Shown: positions 8,893-19,847, counted from the stretch's first letter. The stretch is 64,000 nucleotides of DNA from a virus (IMGVR_UViG_3300031993_000037:1-64000), one strand, 5' to 3'. Program-made: numbers and translations. The notes: generated by a model from the sequence alone, not told the origin.

Positions 8893-9338
8893 ATGTAGTC
8901 CTTGCAGTCTGTTCCGATTACCTTCGCTATCTCCTGGACAGTAGTGAGGGCAATGTGCTTAAGTTTCTTTTTGCGGACCAGAAAGTTCTGTGCCTTATCC
9001 ATCGCCTTTGACACACCTGTAAGTGACATGCCGGCTTTACTGATGTCCTCTTCAAGTTTTTCCCAGTTTACCTTCACCATGTTCTCACCACCTCTCTCTC
9101 GTCTGATGACGGTAGTCTTGTGTTCAATTACAGTTCCGTCAGGCACATTCTCTATGACATCTTCAATACCGCATTCCAGTACTTCACATATCTTCTGAAT
9201 GGTAGTTGAGGTAAGGTTTTCCTTTCTGGAAATACATGAGCCGAGTGATGTGGCTGCAAAGCCGATTGCTACCGACAGTACATTCATCGGCATCTGCTTC
9301 TTTTCAAGTGTTCTGTATAAAGGTTCGTATGAAATCAT
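8889..9338 (-). CDS. Tandem Cro/C1-type HTH regulator (two HTH domains)
   Basis: MISYEPL...KICEVLECGIEDVIE and a second domain ...TVQEIAKVIG. Confidence 0.85.
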   Translation of the reverse strand: MISYEPLYRTLEKKQMPMNVLSVAIGFAATSLGSCISRKENLTSTTIQKICEVLECGIEDVIENVPDGTVIEHKTTVIRRERGGENMVKVNWEKLEEDISKAGMSLTGVSKAMDKAQNFLVRKKKLKHIALTTVQEIAKVIGTDCKDYI

Positions 9339-9342
9339 AATT

Positions 9343-9394
9343 TACTGTACCATTTAATTTAGAGGTTGTCAATCTCTAATATATGTGATACTAT
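9343..9394. promoter_or_regulatory. Overlapping divergent promoters
   Basis: Minus: TTGACA-17-TACAGT. Plus: TTGTCA-17-TACTAT, whose spacer ATCTCTAATAT..GTGA closely matches the 8087-8115 promoter spacer. Confidence 0.6.
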
Positions 9395-9412
9395 ATTTGT
9401 AAGGAGATTTAT

Positions 9413-9760
9413 ATGAAGAAGGGTATTTTAATTGTATTGATGATGATTATGGGTGCTCTGTGTTTTGCAGATACTATGTATGTTACTGATAAGATTTCCT
9501 GGGGTTTACAGGAAGATTTTAAGACGGTAGCAGCAGGAAAAATAAAAGGCATTTATCCATTATCTGGTGACAATTATATCATGGAAGTGGATGATGAAAA
9601 ATTTGTAATATATAAAGGTCTGATTTTTTATGATTTAGAAGATACTTATAAAAATAATATTCAGCATGTTAAATACTGGAAAATTGCGATAACAGAAGTA
9701 CACCCAAACTACTTTGTTTATACAAAGATTCTGATAAAAGAAGAAGATAATAAATTATGA
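9413..9760 (+). CDS. Exported protein with signal peptide (possible superinfection exclusion/lysogenic conversion)
   Basis: MKKGILIVLMMIMGALCFA signal peptide; AT-rich. Function is inference. Confidence 0.6.
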   Translation: MKKGILIVLMMIMGALCFADTMYVTDKISWGLQEDFKTVAAGKIKGIYPLSGDNYIMEVDDEKFVIYKGLIFYDLEDTYKNNIQHVKYWKIAITEVHPNYFVYTKILIKEEDNKL

Positions 9761-9999
9761 TCAATACCGATCCGTTTTTTAGGCTGCTCGAAGAACGTAA
9801 CCTCACCATGACGGTAGTCTCTCAATTAAGCGGTATTCCACCTAAGGACCTTGTGGCGTTCTCTAAAGGTCGTAAGATTACTGCTCACCTTGTCGGGCAG
9901 CTCTGCAGCGTTCTGAAATGTCAGCCGTGCGAGATTATAGAGTTCTCTAAAAGTGAAACAAAAGGTCACTGGGAATGGATTGCAGATAAGACAGAGTAG
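9757..9999 (+). CDS. Cro/C1-type HTH regulator
   Basis: LCSVLKCQPCEIIEF motif. Confidence 0.8.
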   Translation: MINTDPFFRLLEERNLTMTVVSQLSGIPPKDLVAFSKGRKITAHLVGQLCSVLKCQPCEIIEFSKSETKGHWEWIADKTE

Positions 10000-10215
10000 G
10001 TGTATAATGACTGTATGCTTACATTAAAGCCTTTGTTCGGCTACTTGGCATACAACAGAATCTCTGTAAAGGAACTGGCTCATAAATCCGGAGTCGGTTA
10101 TCCGGTCCTTTTATCTATGCGTAAAAACAATACCTTTAATAAAAGAAATCTTGATAAAATCTGTACCTGCCTTAATATCGGTATTAAGGATGTAATGCGT
10201 TACGAAGAAGATTAA
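10000..10215 (+). CDS. Cro/C1-type HTH regulator
   Basis: ISVKELAHKSGV...LDKICTCLNIGIKDVMRY. Confidence 0.8.
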   Translation: MYNDCMLTLKPLFGYLAYNRISVKELAHKSGVGYPVLLSMRKNNTFNKRNLDKICTCLNIGIKDVMRYEED

Positions 10216-11214
10216 TAAAGAATAAGTTCGATTTTACTGTCCGGACTGATGGACAGATCATTTATAATTGTTTTAATCTGTACGCCACAGATAAAGTCAT
10301 CTTTGTAGAAATACTCATGTCTGCCGTCGGTATAAATATCTGCACGACCGTCACGAGACCAGTCAATAAAAGAAAGATGGTTGTCAGATAAATATTTACG
10401 TATTTTTCCTTCAAGATACTCGTTCATCTTTCTGTTCAGTTCTTTTGCAGCCTTTATTTTTTCATCAAAGAAAGTCTCTTTAGGAACGGTTTCAAGTTCT
10501 GCAATAGCCTCTTTAAGTTTTTCGATGGAGACTCCACTCCAGCTTATTGTGCCGCACTGTTCCTTATCTGCTTTAGAAAAAGAGATAGGACCGTCTTCTT
10601 TTAATCCGACTTCAAGTTTATCCGAGATTACCTTTGAGATTGGTTTACCGTTCAGAAAGAAGTCATAATCTTTCATTCAGTTTTCTCCAGTTCTTCGTGA
10701 AGCTTTTTTATTTCTTTGTCACGCCAGAAGATTTTGTAGCGGAAGTAGATATTTTCAATAACGAGAAAAATTATGATACCTGGAATTATTGCAACTGCTG
10801 TCATTTTTCCACCTTCTCAAACCACTCACATCCGGCTTCTGAACAAGTCCAGTCAAGCCAATCCCATCCTTCGTGATATGGACCAAACTGTATGTAAAAG
10901 GATTTTGTATCTTTGCAGTGTTGCAATAAACCGTCCATAATAAGTGTATATCTATCCTTAAAGTTTTCCTCATACCATTTTTCTACAAACTTAAATTTGA
11001 CTTTATCCCCATGACAACACGGCGTTCCGTTTCTGTCTTGGATATAACCACCAAAACAAAGTTTATTTTCAATCTCTGGAAGAGAGTTGAGGAAAGTAAA
11101 CGCTTTATTACGGTCTTCTTGCCAGTAAGGTAGAGATGCGTCAGTGACACAACCACCAGCAATCATTATTTGCTTTTTTATCCAGTCTATAAGTTCTTTA
11201 GTTTCTTGTTTCAT
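10212..11214 (-). CDS. Hypothetical proteins (10212-10676, 10801-11214)
   Basis: ORF track; 10801 contains a YopX-like DRNG...GD.V fragment. Confidence 0.55.
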
Positions 11215-11437
11215 AAGTCTTCTCCGTTTTCCATAACAAGACCAATGCTTTCTTCAATCTCTTGAAAAGCAGCTTCGTATTCAGCGAGTTCCTTTTCGCT
11301 CATTGCGTTTCCGTGATGACACTGTTCTTTTGTTTCTGTTTTCTCTTTTTCCATTGTTTTCCTCACAACTTCGAGTTCTTCCTTTTCCTAACTGGGAAAA
11401 TAAAGGTCGATCTATATCAAACGGTATTTCTGTAAAT

Positions 11438-11989
11438 TCAATCCCCATAAGCCATCCTGTTAAACCAGACTGCTTTACCGCCACAAGATTTAAATTCCTT
11501 ACATTCATGTACATACTTGCACATTGGTACTAAAAACTCTTCAAATTCTGGATTTGTCTCAATTACAAGTTTACGAATAGTGTACATAGTCTCTTGCATT
11601 CGCTCTGACGCAGCTCCACAAAGTCTTTTATTCATTAAAGTCATAAGCGTTTCTGCATTAAGGTCTATGATTACATTTACCGGTGCGTCCTGTGGCTTTT
11701 TGTCTCTTGAAATTTCATTGTCGTTACGGTCATCACGCTGGCTTTTTACATATTTTTCAATTCCAACATGATGTCTTACAAGTTCAACGTGTAACCAATA
11801 AGGCATGTCTTCAATATAAAAAGCAAACGGTAACTTACGGATAGGAGAGTGTCTGCATCTGAGCATTTTTACTTTCCAATCATAATCTGGTGGATTTACA
11901 GCTTTTTTTCCTGCTGTAACCAATGCTCTTACTTTCGCTTTCATCCAGTCTTCTTCCGTTGGGTGTTCCCACATTTCAATTTTCATCAC
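11438..11989 (-). CDS. ThyX-like FAD-dependent thymidylate synthase family protein
   Basis: RHSPIR, ELVRHH...SQR and RLC motifs; shorter than cellular ThyX. Confidence 0.7.
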   Translation of the reverse strand: MMKIEMWEHPTEEDWMKAKVRALVTAGKKAVNPPDYDWKVKMLRCRHSPIRKLPFAFYIEDMPYWLHVELVRHHVGIEKYVKSQRDDRNDNEISRDKKPQDAPVNVIIDLNAETLMTLMNKRLCGAASERMQETMYTIRKLVIETNPEFEEFLVPMCKYVHECKEFKSCGGKAVWFNRMAYGD

Positions 11990-12446
11990 TTTACCTCTGT
12001 ATCAATTACAAAATAGATTTCTTCATTTTTACCGACAGACACTTTTAGTACATCACTAATGTTATAATGTGCATCTAAAACCTTTACACCAACAGGGTGA
12101 TTGGCCCAACCGTCATGGCAAAGTGTCTGTAATCTCGTTGTAAGCTCACCTAATGTAATAGATTTCATGCAGAAACCTCACTTCCAACAGTCAGAAGTTC
12201 AATACATCTAAGTAAGTCACCTTTTACTTCTTCCATACCATCAGTAGTCTCTGTGGCAACTTCATCTGCAATAGACATCATTACCTGTGCCAGGCGACTG
12301 TCCTTTAAGTCTGACTTTTCGCATGTTTTCTGAAGTTCATCCTTAGAATCTTTAAGTTTGCTTAGACTGTCATTAATTCTTTCAAGGTCTGTTCTAAGAA
12401 ATCTGAGGATAAAGTCTGCGTCTTTTGTGTTTAAAGTAATATCCAT
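11986..12446 (-). CDS. Two hypothetical proteins (11986-12168, 12165-12446)
   Basis: SD GGAGG supports the start at 12446 rather than 12509. Confidence 0.6.
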
Positions 12447-12503
12447 TTGTCCTCCAACTATCCGAATTATAGCCTTTGATGATTTTTCAGTTCTGTAAGT
12501 CTT

Positions 12504-12563
12504 AGACAAACTGAATTGTCTTTAAACGTTTCTTTTAATCTCAACTTTTTTTAAGTCTATCTT
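12504..12563 (+). promoter_or_regulatory. Operator palindrome (12504-12521) plus putative late promoter TTTAATCT-N16-TATCTT
   Basis: Both motifs recur elsewhere in the window; located immediately before the packaging operon. Confidence 0.65.
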
Positions 12564-12569
12564 TGAGTT

Positions 12570-12974
12570 ATGGGATATATCACACCAAAGAAAAATGAAG
12601 TTTCTCAGATGAAGAAAGTGGACCGCCATTTTCTTGACAACGCTCTTATGGATGTTATGAACGCAACGAGTAAAGACGAAGAGGGAGTTATTCGTACTAA
12701 TGCCCAGCGTCTGGCAACTTCAATTGTAAATGATGCTTTGTACGCAGAAACAGTAAAAGATCGTGCAATTATGGCAAAACTTATTCTTGAACGAGTTGGT
12801 GGAAAGCCTTCAGTTCTTGTTGATGATGAAAAAGAAGAACTCCCAGAGGTTGTATTCAGAGTTAATGCCAATGACGCACAGAAAATTAAGGCACTTAAAG
12901 AGCTGCCTGTTGATGAAGAACCGGAAGATAAGGTGGTAGTCGAAATAGACGGCGAACCAAAGATGGAGTTCTAA
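12570..12974 (+). CDS. Probable terminase small subunit
   Basis: Directly upstream of TerL; ILERVGGKP motif. Confidence 0.6.
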   Translation: MGYITPKKNEVSQMKKVDRHFLDNALMDVMNATSKDEEGVIRTNAQRLATSIVNDALYAETVKDRAIMAKLILERVGGKPSVLVDDEKEELPEVVFRVNANDAQKIKALKELPVDEEPEDKVVVEIDGEPKMEF

Positions 12975-14261
12975 ATGACAATAGAATACACACTTTCGGA
13001 AGCACAGCAAACTATCGCTTTATGTAACAAACGTTTTAGATTGGCGTGTACCGGTCGACGTTTTGGTAAAACATTCCTTGCTTATGAGGAAATGTTTCGT
13101 ATGGCAACCTCAAAAGAAGCAACAGCAAAGGGCGGATATAACATCTGGTACATAGCGAATACCGCTGATAACGCTCGCCGAATTATGTGGCAGGCATTTC
13201 TTACACAGGAGAAATATGTTCCATCTGCATATATAGCGAAGAAACATGAACAGCGAATGGTTCTAACTTTTAAGAACGGTTCAACCATTTCTGTGTTCTC
13301 CGGCGAAGAACCAGACTCACTTCGTGGTAGTTCGATTGACCTTTTAGTAATGGATGAGTGTGCGTTCGTAAAAGAAGCTGCCTGGACGACTATTTATCCG
13401 GCCCTTACTGATAAATTCTGCGAAGGAAAAGCTCTGCTTATTTCATCTCCGGACGGTTATAACTGGTTCTGGAAAAAGTATTCAGAATATATTGACGGCT
13501 CAGACCCTGATTGGGCCGTATTCCATTATACAACTCTTGACGGCGGTAATGTTGACCCTAAAGAAATTGAAAGAGCAAAGAAAACCCTTAGTAAGAAAGA
13601 GTTTAACAAGGAATACCTTGCCTCATTCGAGACAATGGCAGACCGTGTTTACGAAGATTATGACAAAGATGCAAATGATTTGAAAGAAATTGATCCAAGA
13701 TGGGGTGAGGGTGACATTCATGTAGGAATGGACTTCAATGTTCGCCCAATGACTGCAGCAATTTCTAATATTACAACAGACAAGGAAGGAAATGACATTA
13801 TCAGCTTCTTTGATGAAATTGTTACATCTGGTTTCTCAAATACACAGCAGATGTGCGACAAAATTAAGGCCCGATATCCGAAAGCAACAGTATACGTTTA
13901 TCCAGACCCTACCGGAAACAAACATCAGCCGTCAGCACCAATTGGTGTAACTGATATGTCAATTTTGCGTGATAACGGATTTATCGTATGTGCTCCATAC
14001 GCTCCTTATGCAAGTAAGGATAAGTGGAACACGGTAAATACAGCAATGTGCAGTGCTGATGGAACACGAAAAGTGTATATAAGCAAAGAAAAATGTCCGC
14101 ATTTGTCGGATTCACTCAATGGATTTGTATTCAAAGAAAACGGAGAGCCTGATAAATCTCAGGGCTTCGACCATATAACAGACGCTATGGCATACGAAAT
14201 CTGTTACAAGCTGCCAATTAAGAAAGGACGGCTTTACAGACCAAGGATGTACGGTGCTTAA
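12975..14261 (+). CDS. terL: Terminase large subunit
   Basis: Walker A GRRFGKT, LRG..Walker B LLVMDE, SSP coupling motif, nuclease GMDFN and DHITDA. Confidence 0.95.
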   Translation: MTIEYTLSEAQQTIALCNKRFRLACTGRRFGKTFLAYEEMFRMATSKEATAKGGYNIWYIANTADNARRIMWQAFLTQEKYVPSAYIAKKHEQRMVLTFKNGSTISVFSGEEPDSLRGSSIDLLVMDECAFVKEAAWTTIYPALTDKFCEGKALLISSPDGYNWFWKKYSEYIDGSDPDWAVFHYTTLDGGNVDPKEIERAKKTLSKKEFNKEYLASFETMADRVYEDYDKDANDLKEIDPRWGEGDIHVGMDFNVRPMTAAISNITTDKEGNDIISFFDEIVTSGFSNTQQMCDKIKARYPKATVYVYPDPTGNKHQPSAPIGVTDMSILRDNGFIVCAPYAPYASKDKWNTVNTAMCSADGTRKVYISKEKCPHLSDSLNGFVFKENGEPDKSQGFDHITDAMAYEICYKLPIKKGRLYRPRMYGA

Positions 14262-14271
14262 GGAGTAATTT

Positions 14272-15834
14272 ATGAATGAAACATTGGGAGTAAAAACTCA
14301 GCATCCAGAATACACAAAACGAGAACGTCAGTGGAAAATTATGCGTGACGTTATGGAAGGTGATGACGCAATTAAACAGGCCGGAGAAGATTATCTTCCT
14401 CGTCCTTCGACTGCTCATGAATGTTTTGATAAATATGAGCAGAAACAGTATGAGGCATTTAAGGAGCGTTCTATATTTGCGAATTATACAGCACAGATTC
14501 ATGACTGTCTTCATGGAATGGTTGAGAGTCGACCAGCTAAAATAGACGTTCCAAAAAACATGAAGGGAAAAAAGTTCCTGAATAATGTTGATAACCAGGG
14601 AAATTCTGCAGACCAGTTCTTTTCAGATTGTTTGGACGACACTCTTGTTACAGGTTTTGGTGGTATTTTGCCAGACCTTCCAAATGTAGACCCAAATATG
14701 TCGAAAGCGGTCGCAGAAAAGAAGAATATTCATCCTTATCTCACTTATTACAAGGCAGAGTCAATTATTAACTGGAAGTACAAACTTGTGAACGGCGTAA
14801 ATAAACTCAGCTTGGTTGTGCTTAAAGAAATGGTAGAGAAGGGTGAAAATCAGTTTGCTCACACTCTCTCTGAGCAGTATCGTGTACTTAGTCTTGAAAA
14901 TGGCGTTTATTACATTCAGATTTACTCTTTTGCAAAAGGAGATGATGGAATAGAAAGATTGTCACCTGGTCCGAAGAAACCATTTATGGTAAATGGCCAG
15001 ACAATAGATTTTATTCCTTTTGTAATGCTTCCATTTGCAAAACCTGTAAAACCTATTTTGTATGATATTGCAAAACTGAATATTCATCATTATCAGGTTA
15101 CTGCAGACTATCAGAATGGTGCTCACCTTACTTCAAGACCAACCGGCTACTTTACTGGTCATGAGCCGGAAGTAGACCCAAAAACAAAAGAAGTAATTCC
15201 TGTTTACGTTGGTACTGATGTATTCTGGCAGTTACCAGAGGAAAAGGCAAGAGTAGGTGTATGTTCGTTCAGTGGTGAAGGTATCGAGCATCTTGAACAT
15301 GCTTTGAATCGTGATGAATCTCAGATTATTATGCTTGCTTCTCACATTATTGCTGCAGAGAAGAAAACTGCAGAAAATAAGGACGCCATGAACATCCGTA
15401 AGGCCGGTGAAGACGCTAAACTTGCTACTTACGCAAAAAATCTGTCTTACTCATTTACACAGGTTCTGCAGATTGTTTCAGACTGGATGGGAAATAAGGA
15501 TGCAGAGGTATGTGTTCAGCTTAATAGCGACTTCTCTAATCTTGCATTCGACGCTAACGCAGTCAACTCTATTGCAAACATCTTCTCTCAGGGTAAACTT
15601 CCGCTGCGTTGTCTTTACTATCTGTTGCAGCAAAGCGGTTATCTGGAACCAGACATGGCTTATGAAGACTTTGTATATCTTCTTGACCTTGAAGCTGCAA
15701 AACTTTCTCCAATGGAAGTTGATGAAGCATACAAGCAGTACAAACGTAACGGAGACCAGAAAAAACTTCCTCAAAAAGATTGGTATTCACCGAATGATGA
15801 TGACAAGGATGATGTAAATAATGACGGACAGTGA
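14272..15834 (+). CDS. Portal protein (DUF4055-like)
   Basis: Follows TerL; HPEY...W....D...G...K.AGEDYLP and IINW motifs. Confidence 0.9.
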   Translation: MNETLGVKTQHPEYTKRERQWKIMRDVMEGDDAIKQAGEDYLPRPSTAHECFDKYEQKQYEAFKERSIFANYTAQIHDCLHGMVESRPAKIDVPKNMKGKKFLNNVDNQGNSADQFFSDCLDDTLVTGFGGILPDLPNVDPNMSKAVAEKKNIHPYLTYYKAESIINWKYKLVNGVNKLSLVVLKEMVEKGENQFAHTLSEQYRVLSLENGVYYIQIYSFAKGDDGIERLSPGPKKPFMVNGQTIDFIPFVMLPFAKPVKPILYDIAKLNIHHYQVTADYQNGAHLTSRPTGYFTGHEPEVDPKTKEVIPVYVGTDVFWQLPEEKARVGVCSFSGEGIEHLEHALNRDESQIIMLASHIIAAEKKTAENKDAMNIRKAGEDAKLATYAKNLSYSFTQVLQIVSDWMGNKDAEVCVQLNSDFSNLAFDANAVNSIANIFSQGKLPLRCLYYLLQQSGYLEPDMAYEDFVYLLDLEAAKLSPMEVDEAYKQYKRNGDQKKLPQKDWYSPNDDDKDDVNNDGQ

Positions 15835-16759
15835 GAAAGAGCAGTGGCAGAAATACATCGACAATACAATTTCTCACGCTATTGGAGCTGTTGAGTACGG
15901 TAATTACTTTTATGATGAAATAAAAGGACTTGCCGACGAAGCAAAAGACGATTGTCAGCTCATTCTTGAAGAGTATGGCAGATGTGGTACTAAATCACGT
16001 TGTAATGAGCTAAAGAAAGAGATTGATAAACGTCTTTTGGAACTTGAAGAAGATATTGCTGCTTTTATTGCTCTTGAATTACCCAAAATTATTGAAGATG
16101 AAAATAAATGGCTAAATAAAAATATGAAGCCATATTTTGACATTAAACTTATGGATAATGCTAAAGCTTTGAGTAAACTTGCTATTATTCCGATTGCTAC
16201 TGCTGGGGCTGCAATTGGATTTGGAGTATTAATTGCTAATCGACTTCGAAGTATATATAACTCTGAAATTACTCAAGGATATGTTACAGGTATTCCATTT
16301 AAGGAATTACAAAGTGATTATGTCTCGAGATTAAACAGTTTTGATAATAATCTTGAAGCAGATGCCGAAACTCTTGGTTCTTCCCTTGGAAATCAGTACG
16401 AACGAATTATTTTTACCAAGAATAGAAATGCAATAAAGCGATATATATGGTCCTCAATGCTTGATACTTCCACATGTATTGTATGTGGTTCTTTAGACGG
16501 ACAGATTTACGATGATGTTACAAACATTCCGATTTATCCACCACATGATAGATGCAGATGTCGTATTATACCGTTACCAGACTTTGTTGAAGACGATGAA
16601 GCAAAAGTTACTTATTCAGAATGGTTTGAACGACAGTCAGATAAAAATAAATACAAAATACTCGGAAAAAAACGTTTTCAACTATATGAAAACGGTATGA
16701 AAATTAAACAATTCGTAAATAATGGCAAAATTACTCCTTTAAAAGATATGAAAAAATAA
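15821..16759 (+). CDS. Minor head protein (Mu gpF/SPP1 gp7 family)
   Basis: LD..TC..C..LDG...PP.HDRCRC and TYSEWF..Q...LG..R motifs. Confidence 0.9.
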   Translation: MTDSEKEQWQKYIDNTISHAIGAVEYGNYFYDEIKGLADEAKDDCQLILEEYGRCGTKSRCNELKKEIDKRLLELEEDIAAFIALELPKIIEDENKWLNKNMKPYFDIKLMDNAKALSKLAIIPIATAGAAIGFGVLIANRLRSIYNSEITQGYVTGIPFKELQSDYVSRLNSFDNNLEADAETLGSSLGNQYERIIFTKNRNAIKRYIWSSMLDTSTCIVCGSLDGQIYDDVTNIPIYPPHDRCRCRIIPLPDFVEDDEAKVTYSEWFERQSDKNKYKILGKKRFQLYENGMKIKQFVNNGKITPLKDMKK

Positions 16760-16874
16760 ATCGCATTTTAATCTCATTTTTTTTCAAGTTTATATTTGCT
16801 CTTAGAACGATAGAAACAGATGTTTCTCCCTCAGACGAGGCGGTTCAATTATTTATTTATTTGCAGGAGCAAAT

Positions 16875-17651
16875 ATGCCAGATACAAATCTCACAGATGA
16901 ACAGCGTTTAGCTGAATTTCAGAACAAGTTGGCTTCATTCAAACCAGAAGGATTCGATGAAGAAAAGTTTGCAGCTTTGACAAAACAGGTTGTCAGTTTT
17001 CATGAGGACGAAATCAAAGGGCTGAAAATCAATTCTGCCAAAATGAAAGAGGAAAAAGATGCTCTTTCTGGTAAGTTGGCAACACTTCAGACTTCTTTTG
17101 ATGAGAACTCAGCAAAAATGAAAACCCTTGAAGAACAGTTGGCGGCTAATCAGCCGGAAGAACTTAAAAAAGCGTTCGAAAACAACAAGAAAGAGCTTGA
17201 GGACAGATATGCAAAAAGTCTTTCTGAACTCAATAAGAGTCTTGCTGAAAAAGACGAAAGAATTAAGTTACTTGAATCGGGAGTACTCGAAAGAGATGTA
17301 CTCGCAGAATTCAACAAAGTGGCTGCAGATAAACAGTGGCTTGGTGGTGGGCGTGAAATGGCTCAGTCGTTTATCACTGGTGAACATGGCGAAAAATTCC
17401 GCCGTTTGAAGATGCCAGATGGAAGCGAAACTCTTGTAAATAAAGATTCATTGGATATGCGTCAGGCACTTGATAAGTTCCTGGACACTGAAGTTGGTAA
17501 AAACTTGCTTAAGTCTGGTAACAGCGGCGGAGGAGCAGACGGTTCCGGCGGTGCTACAGGTGGTGGCAAGAGATTAACCAGAGCTGAATACGATGCCCTG
17601 TCACCAACTGATCGAATGAACTTCGACATTGATGACGGTCAGATTATTTAG
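16875..17651 (+). CDS. Capsid scaffolding protein
   Basis: Coiled-coil, Gly-rich linker, C-terminal TRAEYDAL; precedes the capsid gene. Confidence 0.8.
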   Translation: MPDTNLTDEQRLAEFQNKLASFKPEGFDEEKFAALTKQVVSFHEDEIKGLKINSAKMKEEKDALSGKLATLQTSFDENSAKMKTLEEQLAANQPEELKKAFENNKKELEDRYAKSLSELNKSLAEKDERIKLLESGVLERDVLAEFNKVAADKQWLGGGREMAQSFITGEHGEKFRRLKMPDGSETLVNKDSLDMRQALDKFLDTEVGKNLLKSGNSGGGADGSGGATGGGKRLTRAEYDALSPTDRMNFDIDDGQII

Positions 17652-17680
17652 GTCTGAAATATATCATAGGAGAAAACACT

Positions 17681-18829
17681 ATGCCTTCAAATCAGAATCT
17701 TAATTCTTGTCGTAAAGACATCATGCTTGGTTTGAGAGAAACTGGATATCTTCCATTTGGTTTCCTCAAAGCAGTAAATACAAACACCGGAGCAGAAGTT
17801 GCTGCAAAAGGTGACGTTATCAAGGTACCTATCGGAAAAGCAGGTGCCATGATTGATACTCCAGTTGGATTCAACTTCCCTAACGCTGCTGGTTCAGATG
17901 TTGATTCTATCAACATGGAACTCCAGTATGCTAAGACAGTTCCAATCGACTGGAATGGTGAAGACCAGAAAGCAATGCTTAACTCTGGTGCTTGGGGTAC
18001 TGTTCTTGCTCAGCAGTTTGCTGATGCTTTCGGACAGATTCGTGATGCAATTGAAAAGTCTGTAGCACAGGAAGCTGTTGCTGCCGCTTCTCGTGCATAT
18101 GGTACAGCCGGAACAGCACCATTTGCTGATGGCTCAAAGATGGGCGATCTTGCAAACATGAAGGGTATCCTTGACCTTAACAAGGCACCTGCTTCTGGAC
18201 GTACAATCGTTCTTTCTTCTGAAGCAGAAACAAGCCTTCTGACAAACCAGGCTAACCTCATCAAGGTTAACGAAGCTGGTTCTGCAGAAATGCTCCGCAG
18301 CGGTATCATTATGCCAGTTTATGGCTTCAATGTTCGTTCAAGTGCACAGCTTGAACAGCATGTAAAGGGTGCTGCTACAGGTTACTCAACAGACCTCACA
18401 GCAGCTCTTGAAGCTGGTGCTCGTGACATTACAATTGACACTGGCTCTGGCTCATTCAACAACGGTGACGTTGTAACATTTGCTGGTGATACAAACAAGT
18501 ACGTTGTAAACGCAAGCACAGCAGACTCAATCACAATCGGTGAACCAGGTCTTCGCAAGACACTTGCAAACGACACTGCAATCACTCTTGGTGATTCTTA
18601 TACTCCATCAATTGCTCTCCACAAGTCAGCAATTGCACTTGCAATCCGCCCTCCAAAGGCACCAAACGAGGGAGATATGCTTTCTCGTGAACTCGTAACT
18701 GATCCATATTCTGGAATCGTTTACGAAGTTGCTCTGGTTAAGGGTATGCGTACTATCCAGTACCAGGTATCTGCAGTTTGGGGTGTTAAGGCAGTTAATC
18801 CAGCTTGGATTGCTACTTTGCTCGGCTAA
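17681..18829 (+). CDS. Major capsid protein (P22 coat-like, with insertion domain)
   Basis: 382 aa; position; C-terminal WGVKAVNP..IA.LLG. Confidence 0.9.
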   Translation: MPSNQNLNSCRKDIMLGLRETGYLPFGFLKAVNTNTGAEVAAKGDVIKVPIGKAGAMIDTPVGFNFPNAAGSDVDSINMELQYAKTVPIDWNGEDQKAMLNSGAWGTVLAQQFADAFGQIRDAIEKSVAQEAVAAASRAYGTAGTAPFADGSKMGDLANMKGILDLNKAPASGRTIVLSSEAETSLLTNQANLIKVNEAGSAEMLRSGIIMPVYGFNVRSSAQLEQHVKGAATGYSTDLTAALEAGARDITIDTGSGSFNNGDVVTFAGDTNKYVVNASTADSITIGEPGLRKTLANDTAITLGDSYTPSIALHKSAIALAIRPPKAPNEGDMLSRELVTDPYSGIVYEVALVKGMRTIQYQVSAVWGVKAVNPAWIATLLG

Positions 18830-18890
18830 CAGAAACAAGACCGTATCTAATCTTATGGGTTGGGTACGGTCTTGGCTTAAGGAGACCAAT

Positions 18891-19178
18891 ATGGCACTTG
18901 TAAAAATGGTTCGCAATGAACCAAGAGTTGCAGGCGGAAATACTGAGGGAATGTTCGATGAAGCTCTTGTTGCTGATTTGAAGAAGCTCGGATGGAAGCT
19001 TGCAGATAAGGGAGCTGAAAAGGAAGAGCCTAAAAAGGACGAACCAAAAAAGGAAGAGCCTAAGAAAGACGAACCTAAAACAGAACCTAAAGTTGAGCCA
19101 AAAGCAGAACCTGTAAAGGAAGAAGTAAAGGCTGAACCAAAGAAAGAAGAAAAGGTAGAAAAGACCTTTAAGAAATAG
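18891..19178 (+). CDS. Small head-associated protein with EPK repeats
   Basis: SD AAGGAG before ATG 18891; repeated (E/D)EPKK units. Confidence 0.7.
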   Translation: MALVKMVRNEPRVAGGNTEGMFDEALVADLKKLGWKLADKGAEKEEPKKDEPKKEEPKKDEPKTEPKVEPKAEPVKEEVKAEPKKEEKVEKTFKK

Positions 19179-19187
19179 GAGACCTTT

Positions 19188-19847
19188 ATGCCATTAGGAA
19201 GCAATACAAATACAACTCCAACTTCTCAGACAACAACATCTGCAGCCGAGGTTGTAGAAGAAGTAGTTACAGAAGAAGTTGTTAATGACAATCTCCCAGA
19301 TGTCAATTTGATTGTTGAAAATGGCTCTGGACTCCCAAACGCTAACTCGTACTGTGACCTTGATTATGCACTTGAGTATTGCACAATGAAGGGCTATACG
19401 AGTTGGCAGTCACTTTCTGAAACACAGCAGAAAGTATTTATTATTCGTGGTACAGAATTTATTGATAATTTTTATAACTGGCGTGGAAGAAAAGGAACCT
19501 CAAGCCAGGCTCTTTCATTCCCAAGACTTGATTTGTACGATGATGACCAGTATTTAATCCACGGTATTCCTGAAAAACTTAAGAAGGCTTGTCTTGAAGC
19601 GGCTTTCTTAAACTCTACTACTGATGCAGAAACTCTGTTTACTACAAAAGATGAAAACGGAGCAATTAAGAAACAGAAAGTAGATACTCTTGAAGTTGAA
19701 TATTTCAATAATCAGCAGAATGAAACAAACCTTGAAGCTGTTGATTATACAACCATATATGACATTCTGAACAAACTCCTTAAAGGTTTGTATAAAGAAA
19801 AAGGAGACAGCGGTTCGGTTTGTACAAGAGCGATCTGGAGGGGATAA
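19188..19847 (+). CDS. Head-tail adaptor (DnaT-like family)
   Basis: LIVENGSG.PNANSY, QAL.FPR, IP..LK.A..EAA and KVD.LEVEY. Confidence 0.85.
   Translation: MPLGSNTNTTPTSQTTTSAAEVVEEVVTEEVVNDNLPDVNLIVENGSGLPNANSYCDLDYALEYCTMKGYTSWQSLSETQQKVFIIRGTEFIDNFYNWRGRKGTSSQALSFPRLDLYDDDQYLIHGIPEKLKKACLEAAFLNSTTDAETLFTTKDENGAIKKQKVDTLEVEYFNNQQNETNLEAVDYTTIYDILNKLLKGLYKEKGDSGSVCTRAIWRG

Noticed and set aside
19020-19145. Short tandem repeats as CRISPR or VNTR
   Set aside because: They encode EPK low-complexity protein repeats; there are no spacers or cas genes anywhere in the window.
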